A stretch of 64,000 nucleotides of DNA from an uncultured Candidatus Actinomarina sp. (GTDB taxonomy: Bacteria > Actinomycetota > Acidimicrobiia > Actinomarinales > Actinomarinaceae), in assembly GCA_902635945.1 (NCBI GenBank), contig CACPPU010000001.1, positions 211,891 to 275,890 of the forward strand, read 5' to 3'. The notes below the pieces were generated by a model. The model made no database searches, had not been told where the DNA came from, and saw only the letters and a program-made list of their open reading frames with translations. Positions 36,410 through 46,415 of the stretch are shown here, piece by piece. A program made the translations under genes and the position numbers. Positions within the stretch are counted from its first letter, which is position 1. Each line of letters starts with the position of its first letter.

Positions 36410-37277
36410 TTAAAGCTTTTCTGATTCCAACAAAAGACGCTAATAATCCAAAAATAAGTGAAAACATTAATAATGAGAGTGTCAATAATATCAAATAATC
36501 ATCAGAGATTGTTATATCAAAAATACTATCAGCAACTACAGAACTTTTAGAATATTCTATTAATGCCCAACCAAAGCCGACTGCAATGCTTGTTCCAATT
36601 AAAGACTCAATCACTGCTTCAAATATGAAAGGTAGTCTAATGTAAGTTGAAGAAGCACCAATAAGTCTCATTATTTTAATTTCTTTTTTCTTAGAGTACG
36701 CTGCAAGCCTTAAGGTATTAATGATTAAAATGAAAGCTGCAAAACCAATGAGTAGTGCAAAGGCTGAAGCTGAGATAACAAGTGTGTCTGTGAGGCTTAA
36801 TAGCCTTTCAATTGCTTCTCCAGAAGTTCTAATCTCTTTTACAGCCGGATTACCATCTAACCTTTCAATAATCAATTTATAGTTGGATGGATCATTTAAA
36901 TTTATTCTTAAAGATGCAGGTAAGATTTCATAGTCTACTTCGGCCAAAAGTTCTGGTTGATCTTTAAACAAAACTTTGAACTCATCTTCTGCCTCTGGTT
37001 TAGAAAAATAATCAACAGTCCTTACTTCTGGATAGTCTTCAAGTGATGTTTCTAATTGTTTGTGTGCTGTCGTCGTCACTCTGTCATCTAGAAACACAAC
37101 AACATGAATTCCATTCTGCCAACGGAGAGTATTATTTTCAACTATAGATCTTGCAGATAAAGTCGTGAATACAAGGAAGCTAGAAACTAAAACAGCAATT
37201 ATTGTAGCAAATACAAGAAGTGGACTTCTCCTCATATTTAATAGAGTGTTTTTTAGAACGTAAGAAAATTTACCCAT
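36402..37277 (-). CDS. ftsX: Cell division ABC transporter permease FtsX
   Basis: Four TM helices with a large first extracellular loop, plus MRLIGASSTYIRLPF. Directly follows ftsE. Confidence 0.85.
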   Translation of the reverse strand: MGKFSYVLKNTLLNMRRSPLLVFATIIAVLVSSFLVFTTLSARSIVENNTLRWQNGIHVVVFLDDRVTTTAHKQLETSLEDYPEVRTVDYFSKPEAEDEFKVLFKDQPELLAEVDYEILPASLRINLNDPSNYKLIIERLDGNPAVKEIRTSGEAIERLLSLTDTLVISASAFALLIGFAAFILIINTLRLAAYSKKKEIKIMRLIGASSTYIRLPFIFEAVIESLIGTSIAVGFGWALIEYSKSSVVADSIFDITISDDYLILLTLSLLMFSLIFGLLASFVGIRKALND

Positions 37278-37279
37278 AG

Positions 37280-37963
37280 TTACCTAACAATATAGCTTCC
37301 ATCTAATTCATCTCGTACAATCTTTCCATCTGAAAGTTCTAGAACTCTCTTTTTTCTTCTATTAACAATTGAGGAATCATGTGTTGCCATGATAACTGTG
37401 GTCCCTGCTCTATTTATTTTTTCTAATAAAGAAACGATTTGAATACTTAAATCTGGATCAAGATTTCCTGTAGGTTCATCACATAACAGAACTACAGGAT
37501 TGTTTGCTAAAGCTCTTGCTATGCTTACCCGAGTTTGCTCTCCACCAGATAGTTGTCCTGGGTACTTATATGCATTTTCATTTAACTCAACTAAATCGAG
37601 AAGGGTATTGGTTTTAGCATCAATCTCCTCAGGCAAGCTACCCATAACTTCTAAAGCAAAAGAAATGTTTTCAAAGGTGTTCCTATTTTCCAATAACTGT
37701 GGTTCTTGAGTAACTATTCCAATTTTTCTTCTTAATAAGGGAATTTTCCATTTAGGTAATTTTGAAACATCAATATTAGCAACTTCAATTTCTCCTTTTG
37801 TGGCAATATATTCTTTATAAAGTAACTTCAAAAAAGAAGACTTACCACTTCCAGAATGGCCTACTAAATAGACAAACTCACCTTCTTCAACTTTTGTTGA
37901 GATATTAGATATAGCTACGCTTCCACCTTGAAAAACTAAAGATACATTTTTTAAATTAATCAT
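37280..37963 (-). CDS. ftsE: Cell division ATP-binding protein FtsE
   Basis: GHSGSGKSS and [14 protein letters not shown] in a 227 aa protein. Confidence 0.9.
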   Translation of the reverse strand: MINLKNVSLVFQGGSVAISNISTKVEEGEFVYLVGHSGSGKSSFLKLLYKEYIATKGEIEVANIDVSKLPKWKIPLLRRKIGIVTQEPQLLENRNTFENISFALEVMGSLPEEIDAKTNTLLDLVELNENAYKYPGQLSGGEQTRVSIARALANNPVVLLCDEPTGNLDPDLSIQIVSLLEKINRAGTTVIMATHDSSIVNRRKKRVLELSDGKIVRDELDGSYIVR

Positions 37964-39060
37964 TTATTCCCTGTCTTCGCCATTTTAGATACTCTTTGAC
38001 AAATATGGAAATATCTCCATCAAGAACATTTGCAACATTACCAACTTCAGTATTACCTCTAGCGTCTTTCACTTGCTGATAAGGTTGCAGTACATATGAT
38101 CTAATTTGTCTACCCCAACCAGCCTCGTGTTGATCTCCCCTTATATTATTAATCTTAAGAAGTTCTTCTTCTTTTTGCTTAAGGATTAATTTTGTCTTTA
38201 ATAATTCGAGGGCTCTATTCTTATTTTGCAATTGAGATCTTTCGGCTTGGCAAGCAACTACTAAACCTGATTCAATGTGTGTAATTCTTACTGCTGAGTC
38301 AGTTGTATTCACATGCTGACCTCCAGCGCCCGATGATCTGTACACATCCACTCTTATTTCATCATCTTGAATTACTATTTCTTCATTGTGTTCTATCAGA
38401 GGTACAACATCTACACCGGCAAAACTAGTGTGTCTTCTTTTATTGCTGTCGAAAGGGCTTATCCTAACAAGTCTATGAACTCCTCTTTCGCTTTCTAAAG
38501 TTGCATAAGCTCTATATGACTCTACTCTGATTGATGCTGATTTTATGCCAGCTTCTTCTCCTTGTGAAATTTCTTCAATTTGATATTTCATGTCTTGACT
38601 AGATAAAAACCTGGTGTACATTCTAAATAACATTTCCGCCCAATCGTGTGCATCGACTCCACCAGCACCAGCATTAATTGTTATTACAGCATTTAAATCA
38701 TCATATTCACCAAAATACAAAGCTTCATTTTCAATCTCTTCAATCAATTCCTCAAAGTTATTTATTTCTTCAATGAAATCATTTTCATTCAAATTATCTT
38801 CACCCGTAATTTCTATTAATTCTTTAATATCTGATAAATTTGTTTCTAAATTTTCTAGAGAAGAAATCAACTTTTCTATCGTTGAAGCTTCAATTGATAC
38901 TTTTTTTGCATGTTGAGGGTTATTCCAAAAATCTTTATTATTTATTTCAATATTTAAATCTTTTAACTTTTTTACTTTATTTTCAAAGTCAAAGATACTC
39001 CTTGGCAGAAGTAAGCCGTTCGTTAAATAAAGATAGTTTTTTTAGGATTTCTTTATACAT
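37956..39060 (-). CDS. prfB: Peptide chain release factor 2, requiring a programmed +1 frameshift
   Basis: Frame 0 reads MYKEILKKLSLFNERLTSAKEYL, then CTT TGA C. The +1 frame continues DFENKVKKLKDLNIEINNKDFWNNPQHAKK... and joins track ORF 37956..38870 (SPFDSNKRRHTSFA, GGQHVNTTDSAVR). The total is about 367 aa. Confidence 0.9.
38988..38994 (-). promoter_or_regulatory. prfB +1 frameshift site CTT TGA C with an upstream SD-like AAGGAG
   Basis: The minus strand reads GCC AAG GAG TAT CTT TGA C, the same layout as the classic RF2 autoregulatory site. Confidence 0.85.
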
Positions 39061-41639
39061 TTATCAACCAATCCACATTTTTTATATTTTTTTCCTGAAC
39101 CACAATAACAAGGGTCATTTCTACCTATTTTATCTTTTGTAATTACCTTTTCTTTTACACTATCATCAATATTATTATCTTTTTGAACAATCAAATTTTT
39201 ATCAAAATTTAATAAAATCCTAATTACTGAAAATTTTACGTTATTAATTAGATCCTCAAATAGGTCATATCCCTCATTTTGATACTCTACTAAAGGATCT
39301 CTTTGCCCCATTGCTCTTAAACCTATGCCTGATCGTAGATAATCCATTTCAGATAAATGATCTTTCCATGACTGGTCGATAAATGAGAGCGCTGAACCTC
39401 TTGCAAGATTCCAAAAGTTATCTGTATCCTGTTTTTCGTTTTCATTAAAAAGACCTTCAAGATCTTTATAAATATCCAAATCATCATTTATTTGTAAATT
39501 TTTGATAAATTTACTTCTTACTGAGTCGCTTAATAGCTCTCCTAATTCGTCTTTAACGAGTTCATTGAAATGTTCCAGATTTTCATAGGTCTTTTTATAT
39601 GAATCAATATTGTTTGCAACTGTTTCTAATACATCTGATAGCCAGCCTTCTATCAAGCTATTAATATTTTGAGAGCGCAACAACTCTCTTCGCCATTTAT
39701 AAATGACATCTCTTTGCTGATTAAGAACTTGATCAAACTTTAATACATTTTTTCTTATTTCAAAATTTAATGATTCAACTTGAGCTTGTGCCCTTTCAAT
39801 ACTTTTTGTAACCATTGATTGTTCGATTCTTTCATCATCAGGTAAATTTAGTTTAGTCATTATTGATTCAATTCTTTCACCTTGAAATCTACGCATAAGC
39901 TCGTCTTGTAAAGAAATATAGAATCTTGATTCACCGGGATCACCCTGCCTACCTGACCTACCTCTTAACTGGTTATCAATTCTTCTTGATTCGTGCCTTT
40001 CCGTACCAAGAACATAAAGACCTCCAAGAGACAATACTTTTTCTTTTTCTATTTCTACATAATCTTCAAGTTCTGAAATTTTAGATTCAAGATAATTTGG
40101 ATTATCTTGCTCATTTTCATTTATTTGGAGTTGTAGAGCCATCTCTTCGGCATTACCTCCAAGCTTTATGTCTACTCCTCTGCCTGCCATATTTGTTGCC
40201 ACTGTTACAGCACCTAGCTTTCCTGCTTGAGCAATAATATTGGCTTCTTGTTCATGATTTTTTGCATTAAGTACATTGTGAACAATGCCTTTAGAGGTTA
40301 ATATTTTTGAAATTTCTTCTGACGCTTCAACTGACACTGTACCCAGTAATACCGGTTGTCCATTTTGATTTCTAAGTTTTATATCTTCAATAACAGCATC
40401 TAATTTTGCTTTATTAGTTTTATACACTGCATCTTGCTGATCAGCTCTTTGTATTGGAAGGTTTGTTGGTATTTCAACTACTTCTAAATTGTAAATTTGA
40501 ACAAATTCCTCCTCTTCAGTTTTTGCAGTACCTGTCATTCCAGCAAGGTTTTCGTACATTCTGAAATAGTTTTGATATGTTATAGAAGCTAAAGTTTGAT
40601 TTTCGTCCTGTATTCTTACATTTTCTTTTGCTTCTAATGCCTGATGAAGGCCATCCGAATACCTTCTTCCCTCTAATACTCTACCTGTAAATTCATCAAC
40701 AATTTTTATTTGTCCATCTGAGACAATGTAATCAACATCTTTTACAAATATTGTTTTAGCTCTTAAAGTTGCGGTTAAATAATGAATAAAATTTGTTTTA
40801 GTATTTTCGTAAAGGTTAGATATTCCTAGCTTTGACTCTACGAACTCGACTCCGAGTTCAGTTGTATGAACCTGCTTTTTAGCCTCATCAATTTCATAAT
40901 GAACATCTCTTTTCATTCCCTTAACAATTTTTGTAAATTCTGAATACCACTTTGTAGAATCGCTAACTTTGCCTGAGATAATTAAAGGAGTTCTTGCTTC
41001 ATCAACCAATATTGAGTCAACTTCGTCAATTACACTGTAAAATAACTCTCCTTGAACAAGTTGTTCACTAGAAATAGCCATATTGTCTCTTAAATAATCA
41101 AATCCGAATTCATTGTTAGTTCCATAAGTAATGTCTTTTTTATAAGCTTGATTTTTTTCTTCAGGATCTTGATTTGAGTGTATTAATCCCACATCAAGTC
41201 CCAGAAAATTATAAATTGGACTCATCCACTCTGCATCTCTTTTTGCTAAATACTCGTTAACAGTGACAACATGTACTCCTTTTTTAAATAATGCCATTAA
41301 AGAAATGGGTAGTGTTGAAACTAAAGTTTTTCCTTCTCCTGTTTTCATTTCGGCTATTTTATTTCTTAGTAAGACCAATCCTCCAAAAAGCTGTACATCA
41401 TAATGTCTTTGTCCAAGTGTTCTTTTTGCAGCTTCTCTAATATAAGCAAAAGCCTCAACTTCTATGCTTTGAGGATCTCCTTTTAGTTTTTTTGATAAAT
41501 CTTGAAACTTTACCTTGATTTCTTCATCTGAAAATAACTCAAATTCTTTTTCTTTCTCATTGATGGCTTGAACAATATCGTTTAGCTCTGAAGCAAGCTT
41601 TCCACTTCCAACAGATAAGACTTTTTTAAATATACTCAA
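39042..41639 (-). CDS. secA: Preprotein translocase ATPase SecA
   Basis: MKTGEGKTLV, DEAD-like motor motifs, and the C-terminal zinc motif CYCGSGKKYKKCG. Confidence 0.95.
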   Translation of the reverse strand: MSIFKKVLSVGSGKLASELNDIVQAINEKEKEFELFSDEEIKVKFQDLSKKLKGDPQSIEVEAFAYIREAAKRTLGQRHYDVQLFGGLVLLRNKIAEMKTGEGKTLVSTLPISLMALFKKGVHVVTVNEYLAKRDAEWMSPIYNFLGLDVGLIHSNQDPEEKNQAYKKDITYGTNNEFGFDYLRDNMAISSEQLVQGELFYSVIDEVDSILVDEARTPLIISGKVSDSTKWYSEFTKIVKGMKRDVHYEIDEAKKQVHTTELGVEFVESKLGISNLYENTKTNFIHYLTATLRAKTIFVKDVDYIVSDGQIKIVDEFTGRVLEGRRYSDGLHQALEAKENVRIQDENQTLASITYQNYFRMYENLAGMTGTAKTEEEEFVQIYNLEVVEIPTNLPIQRADQQDAVYKTNKAKLDAVIEDIKLRNQNGQPVLLGTVSVEASEEISKILTSKGIVHNVLNAKNHEQEANIIAQAGKLGAVTVATNMAGRGVDIKLGGNAEEMALQLQINENEQDNPNYLESKISELEDYVEIEKEKVLSLGGLYVLGTERHESRRIDNQLRGRSGRQGDPGESRFYISLQDELMRRFQGERIESIMTKLNLPDDERIEQSMVTKSIERAQAQVESLNFEIRKNVLKFDQVLNQQRDVIYKWRRELLRSQNINSLIEGWLSDVLETVANNIDSYKKTYENLEHFNELVKDELGELLSDSVRSKFIKNLQINDDLDIYKDLEGLFNENEKQDTDNFWNLARGSALSFIDQSWKDHLSEMDYLRSGIGLRAMGQRDPLVEYQNEGYDLFEDLINNVKFSVIRILLNFDKNLIVQKDNNIDDSVKEKVITKDKIGRNDPCYCGSGKKYKKCGLVDKCIKKS

Positions 41640-41641
41640 AT

Positions 41642-42886
41642 TTAGCTAGTGCCGTGCTCCCATGAGTCAAGATATTCAATTTGCTCCTCAGTAAGGACCT
41701 CTAACTCACCACCCATGAGTTCTAATTTAGTTGCAGCTATCTTTAAATCCACTTCTTTAGGTAATGTGTATACTTTTGGTTCCAGAGTTTTATAGTTATC
41801 TTTTATCCACTCTGCTGCAAGAGCTTGGTTAGCAAAAGACATGTCCATAACAGATGCGGGGTGTCCAGTTGCAGCAGCTAAGTTTACTAATCTTCCTTCA
41901 GCTAGAACTAGGATTTCTTTATCGTTATATTTATAACTATCAACGTGGTCCCTCACCCTATCAACGCTTGAACTATGCTCCTTAAGCGCTTTAAGATTTA
42001 TCTCAACATCAAAATGACCAGCATTTGCAAGAGCAACTCCATCTTTCATGACATCAAAATGTTGTTTGTCTAAAGCATGCATATTGCCAGTAACTGACAC
42101 AATAACATCAGCAATTTTTGCAGCATTAACACTGGATTTTACCTCGTAACCATGCATTAGAGCTTCTAAAGCCCTTACTGAATTTGGTTCAACAACTGTA
42201 ACTTTAGCTCCCATACCGTAAGCCCTTTCGGCAACTCCTTTACCACAATCACCAAATCCAATGACTACAACATTTAATCCTGCAATAAGTAAATCCGTAG
42301 CCCTAACAACACCATCCATAGCACTTTGACCAGTACCAAATCTGTTATCAAAAAGGTGTTTGGTGTCTGAATCGTTCACAGCGACAACTGGGAACCTTAA
42401 CTTATTATTTTTTTCCATAGATTTAAGCCTTATTACTCCCGTTGTAGTTTCCTCCATAGAACCCATTACAGGCAAATCAGCTCTATCAGTATGAAGTAGA
42501 GAAACTAAATCAGCACCATCATCCATTGTTATATCTGGTTTAGTGTCTAATACAGAATTTAGATGCTTGAAAAATTCTTCATTACTGACACCGTGAATTG
42601 CATGAACTTCAATACCACTATCAGCAAGATAAGCTGCTACTGAGTCTTTGGTAGAAAGAGGATTAGAAGCACACAATGCGACATTTGCGCCTGCTGACTG
42701 CAAGGTTAACATTAAATTAGCGGTTTCTTTAGTGACGTGCATACATGCACCGATATTTAATCCATCTAGTGGTTTTCTTTTTTCAAAATCAAGTTTTATA
42801 TCTTCCAATACTTGCATTTGTCTTTGGGCCCAGTTAACCTCATCTTTTCCAATTGCGGCTAAATTAGCATCTTTTATTGTTGACAT
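41642..42886 (-). CDS. ahcY: Adenosylhomocysteinase
   Basis: MEETTTGVIRL and the NAD fold VVVIGFGDCGKGVA in a 414 aa protein. Confidence 0.95.
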   Translation of the reverse strand: MSTIKDANLAAIGKDEVNWAQRQMQVLEDIKLDFEKRKPLDGLNIGACMHVTKETANLMLTLQSAGANVALCASNPLSTKDSVAAYLADSGIEVHAIHGVSNEEFFKHLNSVLDTKPDITMDDGADLVSLLHTDRADLPVMGSMEETTTGVIRLKSMEKNNKLRFPVVAVNDSDTKHLFDNRFGTGQSAMDGVVRATDLLIAGLNVVVIGFGDCGKGVAERAYGMGAKVTVVEPNSVRALEALMHGYEVKSSVNAAKIADVIVSVTGNMHALDKQHFDVMKDGVALANAGHFDVEINLKALKEHSSSVDRVRDHVDSYKYNDKEILVLAEGRLVNLAAATGHPASVMDMSFANQALAAEWIKDNYKTLEPKVYTLPKEVDLKIAATKLELMGGELEVLTEEQIEYLDSWEHGTS

Positions 42887-42894
42887 AGTTTTGT

Positions 42895-43890
42895 TTATCC
42901 TTTTAATAATTTTTTTAATTTTTCAATAGAGGTAATGTCATACGGATCAATATTTAAATTGTCCGCAATATAAACGCTTACCAAATCACCTATTAATGTT
43001 AAATGAAATAAATTACTAATGATATTTTTCGAAGATATATTCTCAATTTCGGAGATATCAACCATATCGCGAATAATTTCTTTTGTTAACTCAAATCTTT
43101 TACTAACTTGAGCATTTTCCTCAGAAGATCTTAAAAATAACAATTGATAATTGTTTTTGGAATCATTTTTATTTGCTTCCCAAGAAAGTATTTCATTATG
43201 ATGGACCTCAGGCATATATCCAACAAAAGCTTTAGATTTTGCATTCTCGTTAATTTGAGTCTTCCATCGTTGAGCAACTAAATATGTTAATGGAGTACCT
43301 CCATAAATTACAGAGTTCTTAGTGCTAATCTCTTTGGCGATATTTAAAGCTTGTGTCAACAACTCGTTTTCTGACTGATTAGATAAAGCCTCATTTAAAT
43401 ACTCCCCCGCTTGATTACACATCTCTAGATATATTCCATCTTTATCAGAAGAAACATAATGCATTACAGCTTTTGTCATTAATCCAAACGCTGCTCTAGG
43501 TTGCAGTCCTGTTGGAACTTTAACAAATGGTCGTTCGTGCTCTGTTGCTAATTCTAGTAATTGTCCTCCACTTGAAATTACTGACCAATCTAATTTATAT
43601 TTAATTGCATCATTTACAGCTTCAACAGTCTCTTCAGTGTTTCCAGAATAAGATATAAAAAGACACTTTGGCCTCCTGTCAGCAACTACTTGAGGAATTC
43701 CATATGCTTTTCTAACTTCCACATTTATTTGAGTACTTTCGTTTAAAACAAGCTTTAAAACATCCCCCGCAACTCCAGAACCACCCATACCAACAATTAA
43801 TAAATCATTGTATGAATCAATTACAAAATCAGTTGAAGTTTCTAACTCTTTTTTCAATTGATTACCTAAATCAAGTACGTGTTCAATCAT
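42895..43890 (-). CDS. SIS-domain bifunctional phosphoglucose/phosphomannose isomerase
   Basis: GMGGSGVAGDV, a 331 aa protein located between manB and ahcY. Confidence 0.8.
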   Translation of the reverse strand: MIEHVLDLGNQLKKELETSTDFVIDSYNDLLIVGMGGSGVAGDVLKLVLNESTQINVEVRKAYGIPQVVADRRPKCLFISYSGNTEETVEAVNDAIKYKLDWSVISSGGQLLELATEHERPFVKVPTGLQPRAAFGLMTKAVMHYVSSDKDGIYLEMCNQAGEYLNEALSNQSENELLTQALNIAKEISTKNSVIYGGTPLTYLVAQRWKTQINENAKSKAFVGYMPEVHHNEILSWEANKNDSKNNYQLLFLRSSEENAQVSKRFELTKEIIRDMVDISEIENISSKNIISNLFHLTLIGDLVSVYIADNLNIDPYDITSIEKLKKLLKG

Positions 43891-43896
43891 TATTAT

Positions 43897-45228
43897 CTAT
43901 ATGGTAGTTGAAATTTTCTCTAAAACTTCATCAAGTATGTTTTGAGATGGAGCTTCTATATTTACTCTTAATTTAGGTTCGGTGTTTGAGCCTCTCACAT
44001 TAAACCAAAAGTTTTCATCAAAATATGAAAGACCATCAAGTTCGTCAAATTCACCAGTAAAAACAGTTTTAATTTTCTCCAAAGAACTCTCTACATCTTC
44101 AACTACATAGTTGATTTCTCCAGATGATGGAGGAAAATTATACTTATCGATCATAATGCTAACTTTCTCTCCTCGCTCAGAAATAATAGTCATAAACATT
44201 AATAGAGTAAGTATTGCGGAATCAGCAAAATAATTATCTTTATAATAAAAATGAGCGCTATGTTCACCACCAAAATCTGCTTCGAGTTCTTTCATCATTG
44301 CTTTTATATTTGAATGACCCACCTTACACCTAAAGAGAGAAATATTTTTTGATTCAAGTATTGATAAAGCATGCGGTGAAACATTAACATTATATACAAC
44401 TTTTAAATTATCCTTTTTTTCAGATAAGTAGTCTGCAATTAATGTTGTCATCATACTTCCTGATATAACTTTTCCAGTATCATCAATAAAAACTGCTCTG
44501 TCGGCATCTCCATCAAAAGCTACACCGAAATCAAGTTTTTTTTCTTGAACGAGTTTTATGATCTCTTTCAAGTTGTCTATGCTTGATGGATCAGCCGGAT
44601 GATTTGGGAAATTTCCATCAACTTCCATATAAAGCTTTTCACAGTCAAAATTATAAATTGTTGATAAATCTTCAAAAATAGAACCTATTGCTCCATTTCC
44701 TCCATCAACTCCAAATTTTATTTGGCTATTTACTTTTTCAGGCTTTACTAGGTTTTGAATATGCTCAAAATATAAATCCAGTTCATTGTTTGTTTCTAAA
44801 TTTAAATTGCTTATTGCTCCAAGGTCTATATTTTTAATATTGTTTTTTATTTTTAAAAGACCTGAATGCTCCCCAATTGGTACCGCTCCTGAATTACAAA
44901 GTTTCAATCCATTATATTCTTTTGGGTTGTGAGAAGCAGTGATTATAACTCCTGGTAATTCAAGTAGTCCCGATAATGAATATACAACATCTGTTGGTAC
45001 AAGACCAACATACAAAACTGATTTACCACTGTTAGATATACCAGATGCAACTGCGTTTAACATTTCCTTATTAGATAAACGACCATCATGACCAATTAAA
45101 ATTGTTTCTGAATCAACAAATTCTGCAAAAGAATATCCAATTTTATAAGCATCTTGCAAAGATAGAGTGTCCCCAAAGATACCTCTAATGTCATAGGATT
45201 TAAAAATAACATCTAGATTATTACTCAT
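43897..45228 (-). CDS. manB: Phosphomannomutase/phosphoglucomutase
   Basis: Active-site loop TASHNPKEYNGLK and the metal loop FDGDADR. Confidence 0.9.
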   Translation of the reverse strand: MSNNLDVIFKSYDIRGIFGDTLSLQDAYKIGYSFAEFVDSETILIGHDGRLSNKEMLNAVASGISNSGKSVLYVGLVPTDVVYSLSGLLELPGVIITASHNPKEYNGLKLCNSGAVPIGEHSGLLKIKNNIKNIDLGAISNLNLETNNELDLYFEHIQNLVKPEKVNSQIKFGVDGGNGAIGSIFEDLSTIYNFDCEKLYMEVDGNFPNHPADPSSIDNLKEIIKLVQEKKLDFGVAFDGDADRAVFIDDTGKVISGSMMTTLIADYLSEKKDNLKVVYNVNVSPHALSILESKNISLFRCKVGHSNIKAMMKELEADFGGEHSAHFYYKDNYFADSAILTLLMFMTIISERGEKVSIMIDKYNFPPSSGEINYVVEDVESSLEKIKTVFTGEFDELDGLSYFDENFWFNVRGSNTEPKLRVNIEAPSQNILDEVLEKISTTI

Positions 45229-45249
45229 TACCCAATTATTGTACTCTTG

Positions 45250-45984
45250 ATGGAATCAAAGTTTAATTATAAAAATTTTTCAATTGTAATACCTATTCAT
45301 AACGAAGAGGAAATACTTGAAGAATCTACCAACGCAATATTTTCATTTTGTAAAAATATGGGGATAGATTTTGAAATTATTTTTTCAGAAAATGGGTCTA
45401 CTGATAATACAAAGAAAATTGCTAATGAATTAATTAATAAATACTCAGAGATAAAAATTATAACCAATCCAGAACCAAACTACGGAAATGCATTAAAAGC
45501 TGGATTTGAATTAGCAGAAAATGATTTAGTTATTTCATTTGATATTGATTATTATTCAGAATCTTTTTTACGTGAAGCTTTAATGCTTGATAGCAAATAT
45601 TCATCTATGACAGCTTCCAAAAGACTTGGGTCTTCTGAAGATGGAAGAAGATTTGTTAGAAGACTAGCTACTAAATTTTTTGTAATTCTTTTAAAAACTC
45701 TTTTTGGTACAAAATTAAGTGATACTCATGGAATGAAGGCAATTAAAAAAAAAGAAATTGAAAAATTTCTTCCTCAAGTTATTTCAACTCAAGACATTTT
45801 TGATACTGAATTATTAATAAGAATAGAAAAAAATGGCGGAAAAATAAAAGAGATACCTGCGAAAGTAAATGAAATTAGACCTAGTGTATCCGTAATTTAT
45901 AAAAGGATCCCAAGAACAATAAAAAGCTTATTTAAATTAAGAATTATTTTTTATAGAGAATCTTTAAAAACAAAAAATTTATAA
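45250..45984 (+). CDS. Family 2 glycosyltransferase (polyprenol-phosphate sugar synthase-like)
   Basis: SIVIPIHNEEE, ENGSTDNT and FDIDY (DxD-like). I prefer the ATG at 45250; the track starts at the TTG at 45247. Confidence 0.8.
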   Translation: MESKFNYKNFSIVIPIHNEEEILEESTNAIFSFCKNMGIDFEIIFSENGSTDNTKKIANELINKYSEIKIITNPEPNYGNALKAGFELAENDLVISFDIDYYSESFLREALMLDSKYSSMTASKRLGSSEDGRRFVRRLATKFFVILLKTLFGTKLSDTHGMKAIKKKEIEKFLPQVISTQDIFDTELLIRIEKNGGKIKEIPAKVNEIRPSVSVIYKRIPRTIKSLFKLRIIFYRESLKTKNL

Positions 45985-46415
45985 ATCAAGTATTTGATGG
46001 GAAGTATTGTTCCATGTATAAGAATTGTAATTAAAAGAAACCAAAGTTCATTTTTCTGTAAAGCATCATTGATAAAATTAACTATGAACCAAATAAGATT
46101 TGGAGCAAATAAACTAATTAAATTAGTATAAGAAAAATTCAAAAACTCTTTTAACTTTCCACCAAAAAAACTAAACTTGAAAATTATTCTTCTGGATAAA
46201 AAGTATGAGATGACTACACCAATTAAAAATCCGAGCACATTAGTTACATAAGTTCTTAAGGGGAATTTAATAAAAGTAAGAATAAAAAATTGAAATACAT
46301 ATGTTAAAGTTAAGCCAATCATTAAATTTATAGCTCCAACAATATATGTTCTTACTAGCTGCATCATTGAAGTATCGCTTTGAAAAATATTTAGGGATTT
46401 TAACTTATTAAACAT
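45951..46415 (-). CDS. GtrA-like small membrane protein
   Basis: Four TM helices in ~150 aa, typical of GtrA-family proteins found next to GT2 enzymes. I prefer the ATG at 46415 (MFNKLKSL). Confidence 0.6.
   Translation of the reverse strand: MFNKLKSLNIFQSDTSMMQLVRTYIVGAINLMIGLTLTYVFQFFILTFIKFPLRTYVTNVLGFLIGVVISYFLSRRIIFKFSFFGGKLKEFLNFSYTNLISLFAPNLIWFIVNFINDALQKNELWFLLITILIHGTILPIKYLIYKFFVFKDSL

Noticed and set aside
37956-39060. prfB appears N-terminally truncated or frameshifted, suggesting a pseudogene
   Set aside because: The break coincides exactly with the conserved CTT TGA C programmed +1 frameshift site and its upstream SD-like element. The joined product is a full-length RF2.
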